Shown piece after piece: positions 44,816-57,055 of a DNA stretch of 64,000 nucleotides. Both the position numbers and the translations under genes were made by a program. Below the pieces are notes generated by a model. The model was given only the letters and a program-made list of their open reading frames with translations, had not been told where the DNA came from and did no database searches. This stretch comes from Rhynchopus sp. YZ270_cl-10 (lineage: Eukaryota): assembly GCA_964035575.1 (NCBI GenBank), contig OZ037836.1, positions 1,488,001-1,552,000 on the forward strand, given 5' to 3'. How positions within the stretch are numbered: position 1 is the first letter of the stretch; each line of letters opens with the position of its first letter.

Positions 44816-46219
44816 CAGTGTGACACAGAATTAATGGCCGATGAAGACATTTTATAAAAAAACGGCAAATTTTGACAAGGACATATTCAAAACACCCCCA
44901 AAACATAAAATATTTACGCCCAGGAACACAATAAAAGCAAAAATATAATGGTTAAGGGTAAAGTGAACACTGAGGCCACGAGGGAAGGGTTGCGCCTACA
45001 GGCAGCGTCGCTAGTCGTTGTTGGCGGTAAGAGCCATGATGAGGTGGCGGAGTTGCTGAACGTTGCGAAGAGGAGTTTGGGTAGGTGGGTGAAGGAGTAC
45101 CGCGCTGGAGAGCGGAATTTTTCGGACAAGCCAGGGAGGGGACGCAAGAGATCGGCCACCACCGACACCGTTAAGAATAGGGTGGTTAGACACATGCGGG
45201 GCAAGCGGTTTCAGTCTTGCAGGAAAGTAGCGTCGCGACTACAGATTTCGAGGGAGAGTGTCCGCAGGTGCCTGAAGGAGAAGGGGCTGAAGCCCGTTCA
45301 AACGAAGAGCAAACCAAAGCTCTCGGAAAAGAACATCACTGCCCGGATAGAGTTTGCTGAAACGCATCGAAACACCGACTGGTCAAAGGTGATGTTCACC
45401 GATGAAAAAGACTTTTGGCTTTTTTCTCGGGTGAGCAAGAAGAACGATGTTGTCTGGGTTGCAGATGGTGATGAGCCGCCCCCAACCGTTGATAAGGTCA
45501 GGGCTACGCAGAAGGTTCACGTCTGGGGAGGAATCACCACCAGAGGTAAGACGAAGCTCTATTTCTATGACGGTGCTCTCAATGCAGAGAAGTACCGTAC
45601 GCTCGTCTTACAGAAAGCGCTCAAAGAAATAAAAGAACTCCTGCCTGACAGTAGCTACACGTTTCAGCAGGATGGGGCACCCTGCCACACTGCGAACGTT
45701 ACTCAAGCATTCCTCTCCTCCCAACCTTTCTCGTTCCTCCCTAAAGCTGACTGGCCAGGCAACTCCCCTGATCTCAATCCTATTGAGAACCTGTGGGCCA
45801 AGCTGCAGACTGCAGTCAACGAACGGGAGCCCAAAGACGTGTCAGCACTTAAACGTGCCATCAACAAGGAATGGTCCAAGATGGACAATAGCTTCGTTGC
45901 ACGTTACATCATGTCAATGCCACGACGCCTAGACGCAGTTCGCAATTCCAACGGAATGCACACAAAATACTAATGCATGCTCTATTTATTTTTGTGCACC
46001 CACTCGTTTGTACTGCTACACTGTATTTTTTTTTTTTACACATACACCCTTTTTTACCAAAAAGGGATATTTCCATGTTAATATTTTCCCCACACACACA
46101 CTTTTCATACACGGCCAGTTGAAAATGCAATGAAATGAGTCAAATTTTGCCTATTTTTTAGAATAATATAACAATTTTTACAAAATGTCGTCATCGGCCA
46201 TTAATTCTGTGTCACACTG
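44816..46219 (+). mobile_element. Full-length Tc1/mariner-superfamily transposon
   Basis: TIR CAGTGTGACACAGAATTAATGGCCGATGA..., TA TSD, empty sites at ~10105 and ~46480. Confidence 0.95.
44948..45973 (+). CDS. DD37E transposase, intact ORF, 341 aa
   Basis: N-terminal HTH + GRKR; FTDEK, QQDGAPCH, SPDLNPIENLW; 37 residues counted between the second D and the E. Confidence 0.93.
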   Translation: MVKGKVNTEATREGLRLQAASLVVVGGKSHDEVAELLNVAKRSLGRWVKEYRAGERNFSDKPGRGRKRSATTDTVKNRVVRHMRGKRFQSCRKVASRLQISRESVRRCLKEKGLKPVQTKSKPKLSEKNITARIEFAETHRNTDWSKVMFTDEKDFWLFSRVSKKNDVVWVADGDEPPPTVDKVRATQKVHVWGGITTRGKTKLYFYDGALNAEKYRTLVLQKALKEIKELLPDSSYTFQQDGAPCHTANVTQAFLSSQPFSFLPKADWPGNSPDLNPIENLWAKLQTAVNEREPKDVSALKRAINKEWSKMDNSFVARYIMSMPRRLDAVRNSNGMHTKY

Positions 46220-48762
46220 TACGTGGGGCCCATTTTCGGCTAAAATTTTCCTCAAAATCTGGTTTTGTAAAATTGACCCTTTACTCCCCCCCCACATCGA
46301 TTTCAATACTATACCTTACTTCACCTACGGTTGCCCTTACAGGGGGGTGAAGGAAGGTAAGTTGAAAAGGGTCCTTATTTGCATTTTTGGGATCCGCCCG
46401 TGCAGTGGTGGGGTCAATCTCGAAAATTGGATAATTTTTTGACCACTTAAATTTTGAGAAATATGAGCCCGGTTCCTTATACGTGGGGCCCATTTTCGGC
46501 TAAAATTTTCCTCAAAATCTGGTTTTGTAAAATTGACCCTTTACTCCCCCCCCACATCGATTTCAATACTATACCTTACTTCACCTACGGTTGCCCTTAC
46601 AGGGGGGTGAAGGAAGGTAAGTTGAAAAAGCAAAAAACAAAGCAAACATACTTTCAAACCCCCCTAAGCTCGAGACATATACAATGGTGACGACTCTTTG
46701 GCCAGTTGTGTGTGCACGTTTAGGAAAAGGCAACTTACCTCTTTAGCCCTACCGACTCCATTTTCTTGGAGCTTCCAGGACCGTACATTGCGCCGTTCCC
46801 TAAAAAGGAATGGTGAAAAAAGTTTTTTTTTTTAAAGTACAGATCGTTATACCAGTAGGTATAACGTGATTGTTGATGCAACGAAAAAAAGAAAAAGAAA
46901 AAAAGCAATTTCAATGGGTGGAAAGGGGGCACCTGTACAACGGGGGGTACCTAATGTCTTAGTCAAAGGAGCGTGGGCACTGTGTTGGGTGATCTTTGTT
47001 TCTCTTTATTTTTACCTGGTTGTGGTTCACGTGGTGTAACCACAACAGCATCAAAGTGATGCACCGTGTTTTGAAAAAATATGGATCAGAAAAATTGGTC
47101 CATAAAAATAATAAAACCTACATTCTCGAACTTTTCTACTGGTTTAATTAACCAGTTGGATTCCTCTTGTTCGTAACAGTTCCAAGTTGGTACTTCATTG
47201 TAGACGCGTCCAGGGCAGTGTTAGCCGAGAATCAGAGGCCGCAGTTGCACCCGACGTGATTTTCATTGGACGCATCCCCGTACGCGTACCGCTTCGCATG
47301 TTTGTATACAAAAAAAAAAAAAAAATTCCAAAAGGTCCACAATTATTCTGATGCATATTTTTTCAAAACACGGTATCTGAATTCAGACGTCTTTTTGGAC
47401 TTTCTCTTTCTTTGATGTTTGAAATAATATGAAATAAAAAGTGTTTTGTTCCGCCTCCCCTAGGCATCTAAAGTTTGCACCTTCGCTTTGGTTAAGGATC
47501 TAAAAAGCTAAAAAAAAACACAAACACAAAAAAAAAAAAAGCCAACACAAAGAGTACAAACCATGAGCTAAGCCTCCCCTGGGCATACCCCGAAGGCGAA
47601 TTTCGTATTGGCCCTATATTCGGATCCGAATATAGTACGCGCGGCCCTCCCCTAGTCATACCCCGAAGGCGAATTCGTATCTACCCTATATTCAGATCCG
47701 AACATTCCGAATAGGATCTGAATATCCAGGAATTTTGGGATCTGAATGTAAGGTGAAAATACGGATTCACCTTCGGGGTATGTGCCCCACCCCCCCCCCC
47801 CCCATCCCCCTTTCATTACTCTGCAAAGAAATAGAAAATGCGAAGAGAAAAAAAAAAAAGAAAATACAGAACAAGAAAAAATAAAGCAAAACAAAACAAA
47901 ATGAAAGAAAGAAAAAGCAGAAGAAGAAAAAAAAAAAGCGCAAAAAAAAAAGGCAAAAAAACAACCACCTTCCTTTTGCTCTTCATTACCGCGGTTTAAT
48001 TTAACAGCCCCTTCGGAAAATATAAAAATGCCCCGCTAGTTAAAGCTCAAAATGAGAATAGTTGAAGGAGTATTGGCGTTATTGACCGCCAGGCAGGCAG
48101 TCAATTCTGTTCTCGCGAATCCGGTTGGGAGGGGGGAAGACCGCAACCCCATCGAAGCCATCCCTATCTCATACAAAGTAACGCGCCCTTCCTCTCCAAC
48201 CCCCACGTCTACAAAACTATCAAGCAAAATTAAACGAGAGCACAAAGCACTTTCGAAACATACAAAAAAACATTTTCAAACCCCATCTGAGCCATATAGA
48301 AGCTATCATCACCGTGCACCGTTTAAGGGTGGGGTATTGGTGGTGGAGGGGGAGGAGGAGGTGAGAAATGGGAGTTGGAGCTCATGGCCTTTTCTCGAAG
48401 TGTCACAGGCCTACATCTGTGTTCTCGTTGGACCATTTGGTCACGTATCTTTCCAAAGTGGTGTTCTTACACATGCTTTCACATTGATCACTCCCCAGCA
48501 CCCCGCCACACACAGAGAAATCAGAACACAAAACCACAACAAACAAATGGACGTGCACTTCGAGGATTTCAGAGCGAATCAGCACACAGTCGAGGTGGGT
48601 GCAGATGACACAGTGGAGGGCTTGCGGCGGAAGGTGGCGACTGCAATGGGGTTGCCTGAAGACAGCTTTTGCATGAGTTTCGGAGACGAAGCGATGGGAG
48701 AAGGAGCGGACATGACGCAGCTGAGTGCTGGTGACACAATCATCCTCACGAAGACGAAGAAG

Positions 48763-50811
48763 GGTCATGTTGAATCTCTTCGAGAAAGGCCACCTACTCG
48801 ACCCCGGGGTGGCCTTCGACTACAGACGGATCATGACGTGGGCTAAGATGACGCGCAAGTCGGAGGAGATCTGTGCACTGCTTGAGAACTGCAGGGTACG
48901 AGCGAAACGGAAGCAAGCGAAGTCTGGGGGGCCCATCGGGTTGGTTGCACGCGCTCTACTCCGCCTCAACTGGAAATGGGAGAGCGCCACGACAGTGACG
49001 ACGCACGACGGGAACCTCATCGATGTGAAGACCATTGAGCTAGGGGAACTCGGCCATCTTGTGCGGGAGCGCATGTTCTTCGTACGGCTCTCCAGTACGA
49101 AGACAGATGTGAATGCAAAAGGCGGAGGCAGAGCTAACCTGCGGGGGATCCGAGCAGGGGTGGACAAGGAGAAGACACTGGCGCTTACCAAGAGCAAAGT
49201 TTTGTCGGACTACGAGGCGGGGACGTTACGACACATCGTGGCTGACGGTACTCTCACGGGGGTGCGACTTGCGAGGGCAAAGTTACGAGAAACGGCCACC
49301 TGCCCGTATTGTGCTGCAGGGGTGGATGAGGATCCCAAGCATATGTGGTGGGAGTGTGTCGCATGGGAAAGCATCCGCACGGACTACCCCTTACTCCTGA
49401 ACATTGACAGAACGAACTGGCCGAACTGTCTGTCTATCTGCGGAATGTGCACACCGGAAACACCTTTGGCCACCGCCCGTGTTGCAGACCTGCAGATGAT
49501 GATGGTGAGGATCCTCATCGAGCGATACCGGCAAAACAGGACACAAGAGATGAAGCCGCAACTGGAGCAAGAGCGTTATCCGTGGACATGGGAACCGGAT
49601 GCGGACACGACGACGCAGTATCCGAATGTGTTAGGAAGCTGCACCCTCCCAGTGAAGAAATGGCCGTATGGACGTGCGTTGCTGCTGGCGATTGCCTACT
49701 GGCTGGGAGGCCTACGGTGGAGCAACGAGGCTGGACGCGAAGTCTCGCACATGGAACTCCTCATTGACTTCGAGGTCTCCACGGGGATGGACATCCGCCC
49801 CGGAGATAAGACTGGAAAAAAGCCGCCAAAAGTGAAGCAACCGGGGAACGGGGCTGGGGGCGTGGTCAATGGTGGTGGGGGTGGCGACGGGGAAATGGAT
49901 GACGGGGGTGGGGAGGGTGGCAGCGACGACGGCGACGGCGACGACGTGATGCCAGAAGCTCTTCCCCACAACGAAATGGCGAAAGCGACCACTTTTGGTC
50001 ACATGCTGTCTACTCTCCGAACCCATGCTGCAACGCCACTGCATCCGGGTAAGCCGAAGATAGCTATGACACTGACGTCGTTCGGGGCACACGGTCTCGC
50101 CGGTATCGACTGCCGTCCTGTTTTTGCCGGCGGTGAAGAGACCATACGTGTTCTACGTGCACTTTTCGACGCTGGCACGGCGTACCGACAGCAGCGCAAG
50201 ACGGAAGGCATGACGGAGGGGGAGATTAGGGGCAACGGTAGAGCGAGGGGTACGTGGATGGGGGAGTACGCTGCTGAGACGGCATACCCCCCCGCAGACG
50301 AGAGGGGAAGGAGGGCGCTGCGCTTTTTCGAGCAGGCAGAAGAGGAGAACGTGCCCATACGTTACAGGCACGATGAGCACGTGAAACCAGGAGACGCGCC
50401 TGTGAAGGCACCTGCAGGAGCGATCTCGATTGGGCCATTTGCGATCTGTGTGCAGCACCGGAAGGCCCGATGTGACGCCTGTGCGAAGGACCAGATGGCA
50501 GACCTGAGGCACTGCTGCTATGCGCACCACTCCGACGGCGATGGGCTGGCCATTCGACACGAGGCGTGCACACGACACAGACTCTCGAGATGCGGAAATT
50601 GCGTGCGGGACAAGACAACCCTGGACCACTGCTGCCGCCGCCACCACGACACTGCGGGGGGGCGACAGACGACGTTGGGAGGCCTCTTCAGCAAGAAGAA
50701 GCAGAAGGATGGACACAGCAGGGGCGGTGATGGACTTATGTAACATCACCTCCACGATGTATTGTATCACCTATCTCGGATAGGGGTGCATGCATCGAAA
50801 ACGGACCCCTA
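48763..50811 (+). mobile_element. 5'-truncated non-LTR retrotransposon (family B)
   Basis: 19-bp TSD CCTCACGAAGACGAAGAAG (48744-48762 / 50812-50830); 3' end TAGGGGT...ACCCCTA hairpin, no poly-A. Confidence 0.88.
48764..50743 (+). CDS. C-terminal part of a LINE ORF (CPYC...H...C knuckle, ELLIDFE block, two Cys/His repeats)
   Basis: CPYCAAGVDEDPKHMWWECVAW; homologous to 15586-17310. Confidence 0.8.
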   Translation, partial: VMLNLFEKGHLLDPGVAFDYRRIMTWAKMTRKSEEICALLENCRVRAKRKQAKSGGPIGLVARALLRLNWKWESATTVTTHDGNLIDVKTIELGELGHLVRERMFFVRLSSTKTDVNAKGGGRANLRGIRAGVDKEKTLALTKSKVLSDYEAGTLRHIVADGTLTGVRLARAKLRETATCPYCAAGVDEDPKHMWWECVAWESIRTDYPLLLNIDRTNWPNCLSICGMCTPETPLATARVADLQMMMVRILIERYRQNRTQEMKPQLEQERYPWTWEPDADTTTQYPNVLGSCTLPVKKWPYGRALLLAIAYWLGGLRWSNEAGREVSHMELLIDFEVSTGMDIRPGDKTGKKPPKVKQPGNGAGGVVNGGGGGDGEMDDGGGEGGSDDGDGDDVMPEALPHNEMAKATTFGHMLSTLRTHAATPLHPGKPKIAMTLTSFGAHGLAGIDCRPVFAGGEETIRVLRALFDAGTAYRQQRKTEGMTEGEIRGNGRARGTWMGEYAAETAYPPADERGRRALRFFEQAEEENVPIRYRHDEHVKPGDAPVKAPAGAISIGPFAICVQHRKARCDACAKDQMADLRHCCYAHHSDGDGLAIRHEACTRHRLSRCGNCVRDKTTLDHCCRRHHDTAGGRQTTLGGLFSKKKQKDGHSRGGDGLM

Positions 50812-52384
50812 CCTCACGAAGACGAAGAAGTACGAAGCCATTGCAGAGCTTCATGCGTTGGGTGTGACCGACATCACAGCCGAGAAGTTGGAGAGTGTGG
50901 AGGATCCTGAGGTGGCGTGTTTGCTTCTGCAGGCGGAGGTTACGACTGTCATTCCGGATTGGTTCTTGTCAGACACTTCGTTGACGAGACTTGATCTCAG
51001 TGCTGAGTCCATTGTGACTCACATTGGAGACAGGTTCCTGGCCCACTGCACCTCGTTGACAAGTCTGGACCTCTCTGGGTTGAGCAATGTGACGCAGGTT
51101 GGTGAGAGCTTCCTTGTCAACTGCAACAGCTTAACGACCCTGGATTTGTCACCATTCAGCAACCTGTCGCAGGTGGGTGCGTGGTTCCTTGAGGGCTGCA
51201 CCAGCTTAACGAGCCTGGATTTGTTATCACTCAGCAACGTGACGCAGGTGGGTGCGGGCTTCCTTACGGCCTGCAGCAGTTTAACGACACTGGATTTGTC
51301 ACCACTCAGGAATGTGACGCATATTCGTTTGTACTTTGGAAGTACGCGTTTTGCTGGGAACTGCACTTCGTTGACGAGCATTTACCTTTCCGGCTGCAGC
51401 AGTGTTGTGTCCGAAGAAGTGAGGAACGACGAGCAGCTGAGTAAGCTTGTGGTTGAAGCACGTCCGAAACGAAGCAGAGACGAATCCCCCGAGCAAAGCC
51501 AGAAGCGACAGAGACACGCACAATGACGACGGAGACACGCCTACCTTTCAGAGTGCGCTATCCGCTAACAGAGGTGCCCTCTCCCTTGAGTGCCATGGTC
51601 GTCTCGCACTGCTGTCACTGAATCAGGATATCGAACGCAGATATGCTGTTGAATGCAAGCTGAGACACGGATTTCCGGCAGTCGAAGAACCCGACGCTGA
51701 TGATGAGGAACAAGAAGAACAAGCCCCGAACGATAAGGAAGAGCTTGTCACTCTTGATGAGGCCGTGCAAGTCATGAGGCCTGCAGTTGAGGCCTTGGGA
51801 GATCAAACTTGATGTGTTTTGACAGTCTCGCCTGTTTCATTCAATTTTTACTTTTCGTCTTCACCCTACATTTCTTCGGTTTCTCCTTGAAAGGAAACTA
51901 CGTGATTTTTATATTACTATTTTTGTTGCATGTATCTTCCAGTCCTGTGGCTGGCTGGAATAACTGGATGCATGCAACCCTGCAGTGCCATCAGCCATCT
52001 TGAGTTCACGAGATTACTGTGAACTCCGCTGCAGTTGCTGTGTTACATTTTACTGTTTCCTCAGTCCGCTAACTTTTTTGAAAGATATTTTTACGTCCAG
52101 TGGATGTTTCCCACTGCTCGATGTTATGCATCACTTTTTTTTTACTTTTCTTCCCGACTGTTGGTGAACAAGACCATCCCCTCACCACCCCAATACTGGT
52201 GATAGCACTCTGTGCTGTTACGCTGTGCTGCAAAAGAATCCCCACAAAAACCCATGTCTTATTCATTACAACGTACCTCCCCGCCCAACCCCCCTTTTTT
52301 TCTGTAATCCATCACTCTGAACTCGTTGACACCACGTGGTCTTTCACTGTCTTCTTGGTAGCTTGCACGAAGAGGTGTGAGGTG

Positions 52385-52430
52385 TGCTTGGGGTGCTTGG
52401 GGTGCTTGGGGTGCTTGGGGTGCTTGGGGT
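52385..52430. repeat. (GGGGTGCTT)n, ~5 copies
   Basis: Short tandem array. Confidence 0.85.
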
Positions 52431-55372
52431 GTGGAGTCAACTCTTGTGCTGTGCTGGAGGAAGGGGTGTGGGAGGTGGAGGTGCACAGTGTTGTGAGTGT
52501 GGGGGGTTTGGGTGTGGCGCTTCCCGCCGTCGTTTTGTGGTGATGATGGGAGGGGAAGCTGTGTCTGGCGGTGGGGGTGCTTTCGTGCATTTGTCTGGCA
52601 CCTCAGCTTGTCTGTGGTTGCAGCACGAGAGCACCTTTGGCGTTCTTCCTTGCGTGGGGTGGGTGGAGACAGCGTGGAGGCTGTGCGGGTTTCTTGCAGA
52701 ACGGGGCAGGTAACGGTGCGTGAGAGGGGCAGGGGAAGGTGGGTTTGCTTTCGTGAGGAGGGAACGTCTGTGGGGTATGTAAGATAGAAACAGCCTGCAG
52801 TCTGGTTCCTCTTCGTAATGCATGTCACACATGCATGACCCTGTGTCTGCAATGCTCCCCGCTCATGTGGCTGATGAGTGGAAGCGGGGGTAGGCCTTGT
52901 CAGATGTAAACCACGAAGTGGATGTAGGACTGCATGGTTGGGGTCCACCCCAGAGTGCCTCTATGAGGCCAATGAGGGTTGTTGGGCATTTATTGGGAGG
53001 AAGTAATTTTTCAATAATTTGGCGTCAGCCCGAAATTCCCAATGCAATCAAACGATTCATATGCAGTGTATGCCTAGGGCTACACGCTGCGCACCACACT
53101 GAGTAACATGCGTTTGCATGCCGCTCTGCTTGGCACAATATGCTAGCATGTTGCTAACTGCATTTGCCTGCATTATTGGGCACCGCCACCCTCCACCTGG
53201 GCCAGCTACGCCACCGCCAAGAATCTGCTTCACCTTTTGCGGGGGGCTTCTTCGAACCTACTCACCACAAGGCTGTATGCGTGCATAGGACCAGCACATC
53301 TTCTTCTCCAGGGTGCATGCTTCTGACGTCACCTTCACTGTGTGCGCAGTGCGTTCAAACGCATGCACGATGTCCACAGCTTGCGTAGTGTCCTCTGCAG
53401 AGCTGCGCACCAGGGCAGTCCCCTGACGCTGAACAGGTGTCTTGCAGCATTCACCTTTGCCAGCACCGTGCCAGATGCGAAGGTTGTTGGGCTCTGTGAT
53501 CCGTTCAGAGGTGTCTAGGTAGGGTGGGCTACCTCTGTGAACAGCCGTAACGTCATGGACGGGGCAAGCACGGTATTGGGCACGAATGTGTGCATGTGAG
53601 ACACGAGCATGTTTCGTGAGGCAAGATGCTCATTACCTTAGTAACAAAGACCTTTTGGTTTTACATTGTACTTCCTCCCCAAGACAAGATGGAAAAAGAA
53701 CAGTGCTCTCAAGATCCTCCACGTAGGGGAGGATATTTCCTCCAGGGGCTTTTTTTTTTTTTTTCAGGCTTTTTTGGTGGAGGATTTCCTCCATTATTTT
53801 TTTTTTTTTGGCGGGCTCGGGTGGAGGATTATCCTCCTAGGGGTTTTATAGTGGGGGGTCACTTTGTCTCCCCCGAGGGAGCCAATATTTTCCCGAGCCT
53901 GTATGCACCGTCCAGGGCTGCACCTTTTGCCTGCGGCGCCATTTTCATTTTTCGCTACTCAAAAAAAGGGTTCGTTGAGTGATTCTGTGGTGTAAAAGGA
54001 AGCATTTTTACACCGTACCCTAATTTTTTTTCGCCTGCGGCGCCATGTATATTAATTTTTTTGCTCCGCAAAAAAATAGAGTTGACAATGTCTTTGGATA
54101 CCCTTGCATTTTGCAGCCAAAAAATACAACTTGGCCAAAGCTGCAAAAAATTTACCATTTCAAAAAAATTACCCGCCGTTGCATCAGCCCCTGCTTCTGG
54201 AAGACGTCTTGGTTTTGTACGGTTCGTGGAGCGTACGGTGCAAGAGAAAGGATTAGATTTCCGTTTTTTATTATCTCGTAAAATTGACCCGCCTCTCCGC
54301 TCTGTGGCTGTCAGGGAGGCGCGCGCGAAGCGCGCGACGACCGCTCGTTGCGGGGGAAATTTTTTTTTTTTGGGGGGGTTTTTTTCATACATTGAAATCC
54401 CCGGGAGTCGCGGAGACTCTCCACTGGTGTTTTCGAGAGTTTTAGCGATTAAAAAAAAAGAAAAAAAATTCGCGATTAATCGCGAATTTGTGAAAAACTC
54501 TCGAAAACTCTCCAATTTAAAAAAAAAACTCTCCAAAACTCTCCAAAACTCTCCAATACTCCCCGATTTAAAAAAAATACTCTCGAAAACTCTCCAATTT
54601 ATAAAATAAAAATTTGCGATTAATCGCGAATTTATGAAAAAATCTCGAAAACTGGGCCATCTATAAACGGGGAGAGATTTTTTCACAAGCTCTCACTACG
54701 TTCCGAGGGGGTTTTTGTACTTTAGTGGTGTGGCTGGCAACATGTATTCTGTGGTGGTCAAAAGTGCAATGTTCCTTCTCCAATGGATTTATTGGGTGTA
54801 CTGCTATACTGGGACAATATGGTCAGATCACTCTTCAAACCACCTGGAAAAGTGCACGACATCTAAAAATTTCCGCCTGCGGCGGGAAGCCTCGACCCGT
54901 TTTCACCCTTTTCTTGTTCCTTATCCCCATATTTAAAATAGCCCTGCTTACATGTGGTGGTATGCTTCAGTGCTGGTATGGTGTACCATTTTTCGCCCAG
55001 AGTAATTTAAGCGTAATTATATCTTAAACAGGTGTGGATAATTTCCAAGCGCGGAATTAACCCGTCGCATTTGTGATCGACCTGTGGGCTCGTTTGCTCA
55101 TGTCCGCCACCACTGTGCCGCCTAAAGCCGCGAGGCTTATCACCCCTCTGTCGTGGTGGGTGCATTTTGCGAATCAATCGGTAGGTGTAATGTGAGTACG
55201 TAGACTGAACGTGTGCCCAGGTAGGCGCAGGTCAGATGCGGATAGCACCAGGTGTGCACGGTTGTGTTTGGGGTAAAATGCTACAAAAAATCGCGATTTT
55301 ACTCCCGGGGATTAATCGCGAATTTTGTCGCGATTAATCGCGAAAACTCTCCGTAAAAAAAAAAAAAAACAC

Positions 55373-56653
55373 ATGACGCACGGACTGGACGTGCTGTGGG
55401 AGGCCCACCTGCAAACCGTTGCGTACCACCTCCGACGTGTAGCTGCCAACGACTACGAGAAGTTCATGCGACTGCCCGACTCACCTGGACATGCTGCCGC
55501 ACTCTCCACCACCAAACCACCTGGCCGCACCTGGCTCTCAGAGGCTACCGACACCATCGACGACTCCAAGGCGTACAGGCACAGTGAACGTGCATTGCTG
55601 TGTGAACACGACCCCGTATGTCCCTGGGAATGGGAGGAGCTCTCGCAGTCTCTGCGGATCACCCCCACCATACCGGGCATCAACAAGAGCAGCGGAATGC
55701 CGGCTGACATCATGCTACTGCGGGCGGAAGAGACCCTCGCCGCTCTACCCAACTACGACGTGCACGTCTACACCGACGGGTCGTGCCAAGACGTGTCCCA
55801 GCGCGTGACCGCCGCTGACCCTAACCCACCTGTGCATCAACGTGGTGGCGCTGGCGCCGTGTTCTACGCGGGGGATCGACTACACTCCCACACCAAGGAG
55901 CTGCAAACCGGAGCGGGCACAGTGAGCTCCAGTTACCAGGCTGAGCTGGTGGCAATCTGCCTTGGCTTGGAAGGCATCACGACCTGGGACGCACCCGCAG
56001 AAGTGCTCCTGCTCACGGACTCGCAATCCGCACTGATGGCGCTGGCGAGTGGCCCATGCGGGGTGCACGAGGACACGCTGCACCGACTCTGGCGTCTCCT
56101 ACACTCACGTGCCCGTGAAGGGTACAAACTCCACCTGCACTACATCCCCTCCCACGTGGGGGTGCTAGGCAATGAGGCAGCCGACAAGCTCGCTAGCCGT
56201 GCGAACAACAGCCCCGCGAACCACGAGCGGATCAGCCTTGCGAGCATCCGCGCGTGCGTAAAGCGACGTGCCCTCAGCCGCGAGCCCACACCGTCTGAGC
56301 GCAGCATCTACTCCTACAAGAGTGGATCCACCACCGCCCTGCACCGACCTGCGCTGCGTACACCGCACCTCACGCGGCTGGGTGCGACGACCATCCGCAA
56401 CCTCCGAGTGGAACGCCACCCACTCGTCTACAACAAGCTGCACCCGGACAGGACGGCGTACTGTCCACGTTGCTCCGAAGAGGCTTCGCTCCGCCACATC
56501 TTCTCCCGGTGCAGCAACCCCGCAACCCCACGCTCCAGCCTCCCTTCAACGAACCTGGGGCAGCTGATGCAACGCCACGAGGCAGACGTGCTCCGCTTCC
56601 TTTGCGAGGCTGGATACCTGGACGATGAAATTGAATCACTCATGCGCCATTGA
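55373..56653 (+). CDS. LINE ORF C-terminus: RNase H and zinc knuckle
   Basis: VYTDGS, SSYQAELVAI, LTDSQSAL, IPSHVGVLGNEAADKLA; CPRC...HIFSRC. Confidence 0.88.
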   Translation: MTHGLDVLWEAHLQTVAYHLRRVAANDYEKFMRLPDSPGHAAALSTTKPPGRTWLSEATDTIDDSKAYRHSERALLCEHDPVCPWEWEELSQSLRITPTIPGINKSSGMPADIMLLRAEETLAALPNYDVHVYTDGSCQDVSQRVTAADPNPPVHQRGGAGAVFYAGDRLHSHTKELQTGAGTVSSSYQAELVAICLGLEGITTWDAPAEVLLLTDSQSALMALASGPCGVHEDTLHRLWRLLHSRAREGYKLHLHYIPSHVGVLGNEAADKLASRANNSPANHERISLASIRACVKRRALSREPTPSERSIYSYKSGSTTALHRPALRTPHLTRLGATTIRNLRVERHPLVYNKLHPDRTAYCPRCSEEASLRHIFSRCSNPATPRSSLPSTNLGQLMQRHEADVLRFLCEAGYLDDEIESLMRH

Positions 56654-57055
56654 GTCACTGATGTGGCACCGGCGTGATGACTTTTTAAACCTACCTTATC
56701 AAAATAAGCATCAAAATTAAAAAAAAAAAAAAAAAAAAAGAAACAGAAACAAAAACAAAAAAAAAAACAAAAAAAAAACCCAATTTTTTTAGCTTTTATA
56801 TGGGGGCATGTCCCCTTTTGTCGTCAGCCCAGAGTCAGTAGGCTCTGCCACACCTTGGGGAGAGGTGTGCGGACTGTGTCTCCAAGAGGAAAAGGGAAGC
56901 TGTCCCCCCTGCCCCGTCGCAGTGTGGAACCCCGCTAAGTAGCACAACAACAAAACTAAGCAAGAGGCAGTACCAGTGGCGCGGCTACCAATAACTACCG
57001 TGTAGTCAGCGTCACGCCTACCATGGTAGGTTACAGTGAAAAAAAAAAAAAAAAA
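55373..57055 (+). mobile_element. 5'-truncated Ingi/I-group LINE
   Basis: Flanked by (A)nCAC on both sides; RNase H + CCHC ORF; 3' region ends GGTTACAGTG(A)n. Confidence 0.8.

Larger units (their letters stand above)
48547..51526 (+). pseudogene. UBL-LRR gene, copy 3 (native ATG retained, interrupted at 48763-50811)
   Basis: MDVHFEDFRANQHTVEVG...; the frame is restored if the insert plus one TSD is removed; ends RPKRSRDESPEQSQKRQRHAQ. Confidence 0.88.

Noticed and set aside
47584..47782. Fifth CAT...ATG element (CATACCCCGAAGG inverted repeat)
   Set aside because: The inverted repeat is real, but there is no matching 6-bp TSD and the termini are ambiguous
56803..56950. HDV-like ribozyme (as in the Ingi/L1Tc 5' signature)
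   Set aside because: A P1-like pairing and a GCTAAG are present, but I could not form P3/L3 or P1.1 by eye
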